DNA of 64,000 bases from Marsupella aquatica (Eukaryota; Plantae; Marchantiophyta), in contig OZ316893.1 of NCBI GenBank assembly GCA_973895155.1, forward strand, positions 15,468,645 through 15,532,644. The letters run 5' to 3'. The notes under the pieces are model-generated. The model was not told the DNA's origin. It ran no database searches and saw only the letters and a list, made by a program, of their open reading frames with translations. Position numbers and translations under genes: made by a program. Shown here piece by piece: positions 51,187-63,796 of this stretch; the first letter of the stretch is position 1; every line of letters starts with the position of its first letter.

Positions 51187-52013
51187 GCCTGGAGTTACAA
51201 GCTGGCAAGTTTGCCCACTGATTGGACTGACTTCTATGTAATATCTATAATACAGTTAGTCTTGGGTTGATTTTGAATTGTTGAGTTAGTTGATAACACT
51301 GAGCGTTTGTTCTGTGCAGCAATCATCTCGAGCCAAGCGTGTGTCCTATTTCTGAACATAGTCAAGCAACAGGTTGAAAGGTAACTTTGATCCTTGCACT
51401 CCAAATTTTGCTTAACAATTAGGTAATTTGTGCATGTCCTTATTATAAACTAGGTATATCCTTTGCTTTGGTAGTCTTAGAGTACAGAAGGAACCAGATC
51501 GATTCCTTGAGATTAATGAGACTTCAAGCTGTATAGATCTGATTCAGGACTCCAAGGAGTGGCAGTTCTCTTAGAAGGACTTCTACTCATTCAGAAATGC
51601 AATCTGCGTCCTTCACAAAGGACTGAAGGTCATTCGCCGAGGACTCCTAGTCCATCTCTATGATCTAGGGTCCTTGAGTGTAAGCAAGGTTTGGTCTTTT
51701 CCCAAGGGGATCAACTACCACGTCCTTTCCAAGGACTTGAACTCCTCTGGAAATTAAGGAGTTTGACTCCTTTGGGAAGGAGTTCGTGTCTTTTGGAAAG
51801 GAGTTCGACTCCTTTGGAAAGGAGCCAGAGTCCTTTTTCCAATAATTGGGGTCCTTGGCCTAGTCATTATACTGTGTGCCTGAGCAGTGTGCTTGAAAAG
51901 CGTCAAACTTCAGCGTCAAATTAACCATAGTTTAAATCAATGCACCAAATAGTTTCTCACTCATTTGTAATAGATTGAGTCTCATGCACGCTCCTTTTGT
52001 TGGATTTGTGCAG

Positions 52014-52685
52014 ATGGACAAGAAAGACTTATTCTGCACTTTGAAGAGGGCCAAGATTGACTCGATGTGGGGGTTGTGTGCTGGAGCTTTTGTGTATGAA
52101 GGTTGTGGTGTATTGTTGAAGGATGGAAGGGCGTGTTCCTTGGGGAAGCACAAACGTAAACTCAGGAGGCAGGATCAGTCACCATTTGGTCCTCATTCTC
52201 GGAGTAGGTTGGAGCATATTTGTTGTGAAGATGGCAGTGGCACGTACATGTTTTGTTTTGCTGTGCAGGTTGGTGATGTTGTCATCCAGGTGAACGAAGA
52301 TAAGGGCCTGCAATTGATGGGGATTTTGGGACAGTTGTTCAAGGAGTCTTGCAAACTTGACAAATCAAAGAGAACTGAAATTTGTGAACATGTGATGAGT
52401 TTGTTGTGGACGATTACTTATGTGAAAGATGAATGTGCAAATGATCTGCCTCGGGCTGTGAGATTTGAACAGTGCCCCTCTGAAGCTGATGGTGAGACCG
52501 AGGGTGCGACAAGCTTTGTAGAGTGCCCCTTGGATGTAGATGGTGACAAAGAGGATTCCAAGTTAAAATCAGAGAAGCATACGGATAGGAGATTTACTTC
52601 ATCATTAGGCAGATTGAAGGATGCTATTACTGATTTATCAGGGGACATAGTACATTCGTTGAAGTCATTTCGCATCCATGAGTAG
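52014..52685 (+). CDS. Putative RPA1 C-terminal OB-fold-like protein (divergent)
   Basis: Open 223-aa frame after a tgtgcag acceptor. FVYEGCGVLLKDGRACS...C...YMFCFAVQV...EDKGLQLMG resembles the RPA70 DBD-C pattern YxAC...C...RYxLxxxxxD...GxxxMG. Confidence 0.4.
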   Translation: MDKKDLFCTLKRAKIDSMWGLCAGAFVYEGCGVLLKDGRACSLGKHKRKLRRQDQSPFGPHSRSRLEHICCEDGSGTYMFCFAVQVGDVVIQVNEDKGLQLMGILGQLFKESCKLDKSKRTEICEHVMSLLWTITYVKDECANDLPRAVRFEQCPSEADGETEGATSFVECPLDVDGDKEDSKLKSEKHTDRRFTSSLGRLKDAITDLSGDIVHSLKSFRIHE

Positions 52686-55600
52686 ACATTTCATTTCAGC
52701 ACTATAAGTAGCCAGACAAAAATTTTGTAAATCCCATCTAGCAGAACAAAAGTGGCTAATTTTACAGTTTTGAAGGATTTCAGAGAGTACGTCTTTGATG
52801 TTTTGGAGTTCTGCTATCTCTTTTGGAGTTTGCACATGACTTTTATATATATATAAAGATCCTGAGCATTTTCAATAACTTTTGGTGATCCTTGCAAGCA
52901 CAAGAAAGAGTTTGACTGGGAGTTTTGTGATGGAAACTAAGATGGAAACATAGACTCACTGGACTTCAAAGAAGCTCAGCATTTACTCTCGAGTGTAGAA
53001 ACTTTGTATGTGTAGGCAATTACGTGAACAGTGCGGCATGCTTGATTGATCCATCATTTGGTTGAGATGCCACTACTACATATTGGCCCCTTTTGCGAAG
53101 CTTTTTTTTGACGCCGGGATGGTCTTGCGATGTCATCGACTTCAGATATTTTGTGATCAAACACGCATCACAATAAACCATGCTCACAGGTTCGCAACAT
53201 GGCGTTGTGAAGCTAAATACCTCGCAATTTGTTTGAGATCGGATTGAATTCGCAACTCTTTCAGATACTATTCGTCTCGCAAAGTATTTGTGGATCCGCG
53301 ACCATCGCGACTGCATTTGGATCTCTTTTGTTTCATAATTTAGCGATAATAATGTACTCAAATATATCTTGTGAACCTATTAGCTTCGCACAATATTGTG
53401 AAGTATAAATAGTCGCAAGTTACCAAAGCCAGTTGATTCGCAAAGTTGAGAACCCATTGGCATCACAATTACCGATGGTGTGTTATTCACAAAGTGTTTA
53501 GAAGTTGCTTCTTGACAAGCTTGAAAATGTTTTGCAAAGAGAGTTGTTTGAAAATTTTGTAGAATGGAAATGTTTGAGAGAGTTTCTTTACAAGATGGAG
53601 AATGCATGTGTTTAGGTTACAGCTAGGGTTTTCAAAAAGGTGGCATGCATGAGGATAGCTTTGGAAACGGCTAGGGTTGCATATATAACAGTGAGATGAA
53701 ATTTCAAAGTCCAATTAAGTGTTTGTAAAACAAAAGAAGAAAAGTAATATGTTAATATAAATAAAACCATGATAGTTAGTTTAGGGTCAAATTCTGGGCC
53801 CACAACAAGTTTTACTACTAGTGCATCAAACCTGGTCCTCATCCTCACCTCCATTTGACACAATAATAACGTCAGGTTTTTCCGAGATAATGGAACGGGA
53901 CCGTGGCACATACGGTATAACAACTGACCACTCTAGGTCTGGTGGGTACGGAATATAGAAACACTGCTCAAGGTGACTTGGGAATGTAAATGGTTCAGAT
54001 GTTTGCCAATGAGATGGTTGAAAGCTAGTTGCTGATGTCTTCAGTCGAGTAAACCCACACTCATCAAGAAGTACCGTGCGATTATCACCAACCAGGTGAA
54101 TTCTGAACCACTTACACTTGAAGACATACTCTTCAAATTTGGAATCGGCATCATAGGATATGATCAAGATCTCTTCAATCTTCCCATAGTGAGGCACCAC
54201 ATCTCTGATCACATTAGTGTCATGACGACTACTTTGTGAATCTTGCATGAACTGCCCTTGAACTCCACAATCAAAAGTTCTTCCCCTCTTCTCATCAAGG
54301 TCAGAAATCCTTAAATGCCTCCCTTGTGTCCACATTGCTGTTCTGGTTTGAACAAGTCTTAAAGGACCATGAACAATTGTTCGAACCTCAGGAGTCATAT
54401 CTGGAAAATGTGATACATTCTCACCTTGGGCCACCATAGCATCCAACTGAAGTACTTTCTCCTTCATATACTCAAGGAACTTTGGAAAGATCCTTGGGCG
54501 ATGACTCTCCCTCTTTGCATCCTCATAAAACTCTCTCCAATCTTCCATCACATTGCTGTTACTCAACATGAAAGTACTAACCTGTGTCAACTCCACTGCG
54601 GTTAGTAAGCATGTTTTTTTTGCACCTGTTAAACGGTCCTCCTCCACTTCCCTCTCTTCCATCCAAGTGCGTGGACAACTAGGATCAATGGTAGCTAAGA
54701 TGTTAAAACATACTCTCATCTGCCAAGTATCCAGTTGCCATGCTCCCCTCCACTCGTGCACGGTTCCGTACATAAGCCTTTAACACGGCCATATACCTTT
54801 CCAGCCAATACATCCACCTACAATGCACCGGACCGGCAATGGCAACCTCCCTCACAAGATGAACGAGAAGATGCACCTGACAATCAAAGAAGGAAGGAGG
54901 GAGGGCCTTCTCCAACTTGCATACCACCTCTGCTGCCAATACCTCCATCCGTGGTATCTCTTCTTCATATATTTCCTTTGAGCATATCCATCTCAAAAAA
55001 GTGCCCAGTGACCAAAGGGCGTCTTGCACTTCTTCACTCCCCAAACCTATGATTGCCACAGGAAGTATATGTTGTAGTAAACGATGATAGTCATGTGTCT
55101 TGAGATACATTGGCCATTTATGACTTTCCTCCATCCCAAAAGCCTTACGTAGATTGGCACCATAGCCTGTAGGAAACCGCATCTGCCCTATGCGTTGTCG
55201 AAACTCTCTTCTTTCACCAACACTCAAAACCCATGGAGCTGAAGGACGATGTTCCATCCCTATGGATTCATCAACTGTTATCCATACATCTGGATGTCGT
55301 TCTAGATCCTGGCATGCCTCCCTAAAATTAATGTTCTTTTCCCCATAAAAGTGCTTGATCAAAGCCTTCCCAACATTTCCCTCTATATGCATGGGGTCTA
55401 ACAAGTGATGAATCTTCAACTCAGGCCAATAGGGCAAAGTGGCCAGTATACCCCACCTTGTCAATCCACTACCATCAAATCCCATGGCATCTTCAGGGTC
55501 TGCCACCCTATCAGCTATGGATTTCCAATACGAAAATGTTGTGCGGTCAGGTATCTCACGCTCATCACCATTGATCATGTCAAAGTCTGAAAACAAAAGG

Positions 55601-56195
55601 GGGTCAGACCTCATGTGATGCCCAAGTGGAAGAAACTTGGTATGACCAAGGTAGATTATCTTGTGCAGCCATTTTGAGTACTTGGCCATATCGTGAAGGC
55701 TTGGACCACAAGTGGAGCATGCCTTGTACCCTTGAGTTTGGAACCCAGAAACAAACCCAAACCCTGCTCACAAAATAACATTCTCAATTAGAGTCAAAGG
55801 AATTGAAAAGTTCATGTACATAGAATTAAAGAGGGACTTCCTTCCAAACAAACTTGATCTCCAATACATGAAAAAAATACAAATCCATACGTACCACTCA
55901 CCTGGATAGTCATGCATGGTCCACATAATGATTCCCTTCAATTGGAAGACACGTGGTAACCCTCCTGTAGTTGTCCGACCATCATATGCCCATACACCCC
56001 CCCATAATTTATGGAGTTCCCCAACCAAGAGTGCCAAGTAGGTGTCCATGTTTTTTACCTTAGATGGACCTGGGATAATCAATGATAGCAATAAGAATCC
56101 CTTTTTCATGGACAACCATGGGGGAAGGTTGTAATTCATAACAACCACCGGCCAAACCGAAGTAGGGCGCCCTTTCCCTCCAAGGGAGTGTGGGC

Positions 56196-58551
56196 TGTGA
56201 CGCCAATGACATGGTCCTTATTTTGTAATCTGATTAAGTAGGTTGCTGTATGCAAGGAGTAGCTATTGATATTGCATAACAATTAGCAAGATGGCAAGAA
56301 TAAGGGCAATCATGGCGTTAAGAGTAGGGAAATAAAAGCTATGTCGCAGGTGGTCGGTGACCATATCTCTTTCAATATGTCACCAAATCCGGATCTGTAA
56401 AGAGCATTGGAAAGATCTGGTCAAGGCGAGTAAAATCGATATAAAACACTCGGGAAACGGAGGTGTATTAAGAAAGATACGGCCTGATTAGTGTGACGGG
56501 TTAACTTGTGGCCGGAATTAGCGGATTCGGCTTCAGTTTCGGGTTAACCCAAGTTCGACCACGGCTTAGCTTATGTGAGCACGGCTTCAGCTTAGCTCAG
56601 GTCAGCACGGCTTCAGCTTAGCTTAGGTAAGCACGGCTTCAGCTTATCTCAGGTAAGAACGGCTTCAGCTTAGCTCAGGTCAGCACGGCTTCAGCTTAGC
56701 TCAGGTCAACACGGCTTCAGCTTAGCTCAGGTCAGCGCGGCCTCAGGTTAGCATAGGTAAGCTCGGATTCGGGCTCAGCTTAGGCTAGGTTAGCGGATAG
56801 CGGATAGCGGGTAGCGGCCTAACCCGAGACCACGGGTTAGCTCTACTCGGGTTAGATAGGATAGCTAGGTTAGCCAAACTCGGGTTAGCGCAGCAGTGAG
56901 TACCCCCTCTCGGTTGCGGGGGCATAACTCTCTGTGTATTTGATCAAATCGGCTATAATTGACCTCGTTGGAAAGAGGAGCTCAAGCCGCTTCCAACGTT
57001 GCTATCCACGCAGAAAATGGTTAAATAGAGAAATTGGGAGAGGAGGCGCAAGCTCGCAAAAACCATGGAGGAGGGCCGAATCCGAAGTACATAGCCAATT
57101 CGAGATAGAAATAAAGTTGCGAGTTAGGGTTCAGTAGTTAGAGATAGTGGCGGCTCTGTTAGGGCTGGGATGGGGCTCCAGCAGCATAGTATCCACCCAT
57201 TTGGGCTCAGTATGAGAGAGTATATAGAGCATCCCTCCGGTAGAGGCAGGGGGGGACTTCAGTTGTGTGATCTCACTTAGACTGAGTAGCGGGGAGGAGC
57301 TCTGTGCAAGCAAGGCTGGACTTGGACGCTGCGTGTTGGGGAGAGCTTGGTTGTGCTATTACTCAGGGAGTAATCAGCCAAGCTTCACAACAACGGGTTG
57401 CTAGGTTTGCGAGCTGGATTGTGGCTCTTTCTAGTGGGCAGCACAACTGGGTTCTTTTCCCCCGATACAGAGCCTTGGTGATAGGTGATGTATTGGTGAT
57501 TGTAAACTGTGGGGAGGATTTCAATTCGATTTGCGGTGGGCACATTAGGGAGGCTGAGGTACTGATTAAGGGGCAGTAGGAGGAGCATTTACAGTTCAGT
57601 CTGGCAAGGCTACGTGATCCATGGGGAGTCCCGGCCTTTGTCTGGTGGAGAGCACTAAGGGATCTATGGCCAGAGCTGAGCTTGCAGGGCAAGCGTGAGG
57701 CCGGGCCTCATTGCAGTCTGGGATAGATCGCCGTTAGGCCTGGTACCAGCTTTGAAGTCGAGTCAACTATGCATGCGTAACTTGACGTTCTGAATTGGAG
57801 GTGTGAGATCTGTATGTGCCCCCAAGAATGAAGTGTAGTGAAGGAGGTTGAGTTCAGGATTGAGCTTGCATGGCAAGCACGGGGCTTGCAGGGCAAGCAC
57901 GTCACAATCTGGAGGAGACAGCCTTCGGCCCTAGTGTTCGGATCAAGTGTTCTCAGTGAACTATTGTGCACATCTTTGAATCTAATTGAGTTTTCCTCTC
58001 AGGCCTCATTTCTCTCATGGATGTGTGTGTGTGTGAGGCAATCTGAGTGTATGATGGAACTAGCAGCGCCACTGAGAGGTGTACCGGGTGCATTGAAGCG
58101 GGCTGGGTGAGGACTGTCATAGCTCTGATTGTTGAGAGTGGAATGGCAGAGTGGTGGGGCAATGGCTTAGAAGTCCCTAAGCCAGGAATCAGTCAGGAGT
58201 CACTGGTTTATGGGTACATTCCGGCGGCGGAATAGAAACATACCTATGACAGTAAGCATATGTATAGACCTATGCGCACCGTAGCGCTAGGCCCTGTGTG
58301 TACGGGCCCGATATGAAGACCCCTTCTCACCAGAACTATCATGAGCGCAGATCTGATCCCCAACCTTGGTTCCTTGGGATTGAGCTTGGGTGATGTGTGA
58401 TAGAGTCTTGCTATGATAGTCTGGTGTTAAGGGCATAAACTGGTGTTTACCGGCATTCACAACATCCCTTCGTGATCCTCAGGTACAAGGAGATGGTTTT
58501 GGCACCCATAGTGACGTTTTTGGTGTTAAGACCCATGTCAATCGCGTGACA
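56196..58551. mobile_element. 2,356-bp solo LTR (probably Gypsy-type) inserted in the CACTA transposase
   Basis: TG...CA ends with a short terminal inverted repeat (tgtgacgccaatgacatgg / ccatgtcaatcgcgtgaca) and a perfect 5-bp TSD TGGGC. Removal restores DGVSPHSLGGK. Confidence 0.85.
56559..56790. repeat. 26-bp tandem repeat (~8 copies) inside the solo LTR
   Basis: cacggcttcagcttagctcaggtcag repeated with small variation. Confidence 0.9.
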
Positions 58552-59605
58552 TGGGCTTACCCCATCTGATGCCAACCCCAACCTCACATGACGAGGGTCA
58601 CGTGCAAACTCTGGCCATTGTGACTCCACATGCTTGTGAGCAGGGGAATCAACTGGCAACCGCATGACACCGGCCTCTGATCGATGTGTCTTATGCCATA
58701 CCATCAATTCTGCCAAGTCAGAACATCGGTACATGTGCAACAATCGAGGAATAATAGAAAACCAACGAACAGCTTTTCTAGGCACCTTTGAGGTCAACAT
58801 GTTGGTTTCATATCGAGGCTCTTGACAAATTGGACACTCAGTTGCGCTGGCATTGGTCTCATGATAGAGAATGCAGTCATTCACACAAGCATAAATGATA
58901 TGGTATTCCATGCCAATGGATGATAGAACCCTCTTTGCCTCCTTCCAAGTTCCTGGCAACACATTTTCACTAGGTAACAAGAGATCATGGCAAATTGCAA
59001 ACAAATCCGATAGTAGCGCATTGCTTGCCTTGTGTTTTGCCTGAAGATTCATCAATGCCAAGATGGTAGATAGTCTATTCAAACGAGCACCCCCATAAAT
59101 AGGTGTTCTAGCATGTGCCTCAGCTTCTTCCCAGGCATTGTTTTTGTCCTTCAGGTGTACGTTGAGGCCTTGGATCATGTGCAATATTTGGTGGAGGGTC
59201 TCCTTCATTGGGTGGGACACCTCCTTCACCACCAATGTCTACACCAAACCAATCTGTCATGAAGTCATCCATGGCTGACTCTTGGTCTTGCATGACCTCA
59301 TAATCTGTCCGAGGTTCCCCTTCATCTGGACTGTCATTATCATTGTCACTTGATGAGAAATCTGCTGATGATGTTTCCCCGTCTTGTGGCAAGCCCATTT
59401 CTTGATATGTAGCTCTCAACCTCCTTGGCAACATATCTTGACTAGGCCGCACATTCTATAGACAATACAATAAAGCATTCACAATGAAATTAACGCCAAA
59501 TATAGTAGTGCTCGAAACATATTATTAACAATATAAAAAAAACATGTCATTAAAAAACATACGTTCACATACGATGAACGTATAATACATGTCCCTAAAG
59601 TAATC

Positions 59606-60420
59606 CTAATCCCATTCATAATGTGTAAACAACTCCTCTCCAGCCAGAATGGTCCTATTAGCTACAACTAGACAATGGTCATGATGATATCTCTGCCCAT
59701 AAGGGGCTGGAGGGGGACCATCAACAAAAACCCATTCACAGTTTTTCCTACGCTTAGGCCGGGTCCCCACAGTACTGTTGATGAAACCGGCAATATTCCC
59801 ACTACGGATGGGATCACCATCAATTATACGCTGGTCACAATACTTTCTGGTGCAACCATCAAAAGTATCCATGTCCAATGCATAAGTCTTCCACTCAGGG
59901 TGTTGAACAAGGATCATGTTCCAATGTCTCCTCTTGTAAATGGGTCCACCATACGGGAACAACGTTGGTCCATCTGAAGAGCGCCCTTTTCCACCCATAT
60001 CATCCACAATAATGTCCTGACAAGAGAAAATCCCATACCCATGCCTCTCCCCTAGGGTCGAACTCTTGACAACCCAACGTCTTCCCCAAACTTCTATCTC
60101 CTCACCATAGGTTATATCACATGGCAAACCAAGGCACTCCGGATTCCAATCCTTTATGATAAGAACACACTTCCCTGTGAAGGTACAAGGGCCCCATCTA
60201 CCATCAACCCTACAAGTGTACTAATCCACTTCCCCTCTAGGCTGTCTTTTTGACTTTTTTTCCCTCTTGTAACAATACCGTCACCCTGAATTTTCCCAAC
60301 ACTACCTTGCCCTGCTGCCACTAAACGAAAAGCTTGTGAAAGTGCCGAGCCTATAGCATCTAGAACTCCTTGTGAGGGAACATAGGGTGTTGGTGTAGTG
60401 GGTGTAGGCCTACTGGATAC
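59606..60420 (-). CDS. SET-domain (lysine methyltransferase-like) coding region nested in the first coding intron of the CACTA transposase
   Basis: ORF 59606-60127: VVKSSTLGERHGYGIFSCQDI...FPYGG...YALD...IDGDPIRSGNIAGFINST...NCEW...VVANRTILAGEELFTHYEW, covering the SET motifs GxGxF, YxG, (R)FINHS-like and GEELxxxY. A phase-0 acceptor lies at 60421. Confidence 0.85.
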
Positions 60421-61195
60421 CTATAGGAAGAAATGGAACCAAGTGAGTGTGATGAACCTCCCAAATTTTATTTTATGCTACCTAGCAAGATTTACAAAAT
60501 AAAATGGAAATCACAGTAAGTTTACAACTCACCATACGGGATGAAGAAGCTCCCGGTGTAAGACCTCGATGTTGGCCATATCGAGCAATGTGTTCCGCAC
60601 ATACATATGACTTTTGGACAACCATCCCCACACATTTTTTACAACCACAAAGTTGGCGTGGTGGACCACTAGGTCGACGTACGGTTGGTTCAGGCTGAGG
60701 AGGAGGACGACTTTCTTCATCGGAAGAGGAATCTGATGTGGTGGAAGTTGTAGAGGATGAAGACATCTGACAAGTATAGCAATTGGAAGGCGATTAGTAA
60801 AAACTTCACCAAAACCATTGATAATCCCTACCTAAACATATTAAAAATAATTGACAGAAAAATACCTTTATGAGACTCGGGCTTAGCAATGCCTTGACGG
60901 ATCTTGTGGCTCAAATTTCATGAACCAAATCTGGAAGGAGGGGAAAATCTGCCAATATACAATGAATTAAGCCATGCCTTATGGTGAACCAGAAAAAAAG
61001 GATGATAGATTGTAACCCTCCATATTTACAGCAATGACTAGAAATGCATGAGAAAACGTTATACCTTTCAGATGCCCGGGCTCTCACAAGGCATTATCAT
61101 GCATTAGCCAAAACTTTAAAAAACATGGGGAAGTGCCCTACAACGCCAAAGAGTTTTCCTCTCCATGTTAATGAGATAGACAAAGAAATATAAGT

Positions 61196-61773
61196 AACCC
61201 AAACCCTACCCTAAACCCAAACCATGAAATGAAACCCTTCATTAAAACCTAACCCAAATCCCTCAATCACCCTAAACCCTTACCCTTATCCTAACCAATA
61301 CCCAAATCCCTCATTAAAAATTCAAACCTTTACCCTAAACCCAAACCCCTACCCTAAACCCAAACCATGAAATGAAACCCTTCATTAAAACCTAACCCAA
61401 ATCCCTCAATCACCCTAAACCCTTACCCTTATCCTAACCAATACCCAAATCCCTCATTAAAAATTCAAACCTTTACCCTAAACCCAAACCCCTACCCTAA
61501 ACCCAAACCATGAAATGAAACCCTTCATTAAAACCTAACCCAAATCCCTCAAGCACCCTAAACCCTTACCCTTATCCTAACCAATACCCAAATCCCTCAT
61601 TAAAAATTCAAACCTTTACCCTAAACCCAAACCCCTACCCTAAACCCAAACCATGAAATGAAACCCTTCATTAAAACCTAACCCAAATCCCTCAAGCACC
61701 CTAAACCCTTACCCTTATCCTAACCAATACCCAAATCCCTCATTAAAAATTCAAACCTTTACCCTAAACCCAA
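61196..61773. repeat. 143-bp tandem repeat x4, C/A-rich with CCCTAAA-like motifs
   Basis: The marker atgaaatgaaaccc recurs at 61224, 61367, 61510 and 61653. Units are nearly identical. Confidence 0.95.
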
Positions 61774-62770
61774 CCCAAATCTCCCAATTACATATAAAAC
61801 CCTTACCCTACCTACACCTTACTTTACCTATATAGGCCAACCCCCACCCCTATAGTTATTCTAAACTTCACCCTAACCCCTAAATTGAGGCCCTTTTTTA
61901 AAACTTAAGCAAAAATTGTACCCCCTCAATTAGAACCAAATCCAACCCTATATCATGTTACACCCCAACCCAAACACTTACATTAGAAACCCAACCCCTT
62001 TAAAAAAACCACAATTAAACCCCCCAACTAAAAACCAAACCCAATCCCTTTAAAAAACAACCACAATTCAACCCCTCAACTAAAACCAAACCCAACCCCT
62101 GTAATTACTCACAACCTAATGCAAACCTCTACCTTGAACCCTAAGCCAAACCCATTCATTTAAACCCAACCCTTTTATTCCAACCTAACCCAAGTTTTAA
62201 CCCCCTTAATTAAACCAAATACTCCTAGATTAAAACCAAATATAAACCTAACCTTTAATTAAACCCAAACCTTTGTTAACTTATATTCTAGTTATCCTTA
62301 CAACCCAAACATCCATTGACACCCCTTCCATGTTAACTTATGGGCACTTAACATACCTTAAATGTCATTTGACAAACCTTAATAGCCGTTTGACACCCCA
62401 AAGTATTTTCCAACCCTAAACCGATAAGACCTGCCTTGCAAATTATTTCACAAGTTAGAGAATCTTTTTGCGAACCTACGACCTTCGCACTTACTTCGCA
62501 AAAACAGAGGCCGAGAACGATTTTTTGGGTCTTCTGCGGGTTGCGATGGCTTTGCGAAGGGAATAGATTCGGAAGTTCCTCGCAAGTTGCGAGACTATTT
62601 GCGAGGGCGCGGGCTTCGCAGTTTCCCATGCGTATGTCATCGCAAACCCGTTTTTGAACGGCGTAAACATCGGCGGGAGCTCGCATTCGGGCTCATTTCA
62701 GTTTTTGAGCGAGACGAGAAGGGCCGGGGCGCGCGCAACAGTACGAGGGAGACTGTGAGAGAGGGGAGCT

Positions 62771-63796
62771 ATGGCTACCGGTGAGGGGAGTGGAGGGCAA
62801 GGTGGTAGTGGTAGTGGTAGTGGCAATGGGGGAAATCCAGAGAAAGAGAAGAATGCCTGGGCAGACTTAGTGGCCCAACATCTCAGTGCTGCACAATTGG
62901 GAGAAGTGAATCTCAATTCTCCAGCAGGGCTTGCCTCTTTGAGTGCCATTCTTGGACAGGTTTTGCAAACTGGGATTGTAGCAGGACAAGCTACTAGAGA
63001 GGGGGAGGAGAGGGCCGCAGCTGAAGAGAAGGCTAGAGAGAAAAAAGGAAGAGAGAGGAAAGAACTAAGTCGGGAGTTGCATCTCCTCAAGCCCTAGAGA
63101 AGCAGAAGAGAAGAGAGGAGAGAGATTCAATTCGAAAACAGAGGGAGGAGCAACATTAGAAAGAGGAAGCAAGAAAAAAACTTCCATTCATTGCCTTGGA
63201 GACGAGTGGGACTCCAACTGAGATAGCGTATGCAGGGGCTAAGAGCACAATCAAGCAGATTATCACAAGCAATTTCTCACGAGGCATGCAGTGGGGGAAG
63301 ATTGAGAAGGCAGAGCGAAAGAGGGTCATCAACCAAATCAAGGATGCATTTCGCAATGGGCTTGACATAGATGAGCAATGGTTGGCAGATAAGATTTCAA
63401 ATTCTATGTCTCAAATGCAATACCATGACAGGATGAAGATTAGAGCCCACCTAAAAGACTTGAGATCATACAGGAACTTGCACAGACCCCTCCACTTCAC
63501 CGAGGACATCTGGAATTCGTTTTACAAGATTGAGGTGCAAATTAAGGCAGCTCACGAGTTGGAAGAGTGGAAGGGCAATCTAGATCGCCTTGAAAGCAAA
63601 GGAGGCCGGGAAGCTCCCCCCTGACCACGACCTGAAGCCACTTGAGTAGAAGGTAGCTGAGATGCAGAAGATGGCCGACCAGGAGGGAAAGCCACCCAAG
63701 CGTTTCACAAATGCAGCCAAACGAGTGAAATCCACCCCCAATCCAGTCCACAAGTTGGGTCAAGGCGGGCTCCCCGGCCTCAAGTCACACTTTGTG
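62771..63796 (+). pseudogene. CACTA TnpA/Ptta-like (Transposase_24-type) second gene, divergent from TnpD, with stop and frameshift
   Basis: MATGEGSGG..., WGKIEKAERKRVINQIKDAF...RPLHFTEDIWNSF and KRFTNAAKRVKSTPNPVHKLGQGG resemble TnpA/Ptta motifs. A GTGAGT donor lies at ~63794. Confidence 0.6.

Larger units (their letters stand above)
45364..53070 (+). mobile_element. Copy 2 of the same DNA transposon family (Sola-like transposase fragment plus downstream accessory ORFs); right end not seen
   Basis: Begins (A)CACGATTTCGGACC, has subterminal repeats containing GATAAATTTATC, and continues into a transposase-like ORF. The right boundary given is only the point where the CACTA element begins. 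Confidence 0.55.
53826..60766 (-). pseudogene. CACTA TnpD/Tnp2 transposase gene (transposase-associated Zn domain, Transposase_21, DUF4218, DUF4216) with frameshifts and a solo-LTR insertion
   Basis: Exon 60766-60533 (LCGCKKC...EHIARYG). Exon from 59455 (ACVNDCILY...CPIC...PRHVRLGLASDG | SVWPVVVMNYNLPPW...HDYPG). Intron ~55900-55765. Then HHLLDPMHIEGN, LKTHDYH, LLVHL, WMYWLER, YGKIEEI and FKCKWF. Confidence 0.92.

Noticed and set aside
56559-56790. 26-bp repeat array as a CRISPR array
   Set aside because: Units are head-to-tail with no unique spacers, there are no cas genes, and it lies inside a plant LTR.
56934-58235. Short ORFs inside the solo LTR
   Set aside because: No gag/pol or other recognisable motifs; consistent with chance ORFs in GC-richer LTR sequence.
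61196-61773. True or interstitial telomere
   Set aside because: CCCTAAA motifs are dispersed within a complex 143-bp unit, not in uninterrupted tandem.
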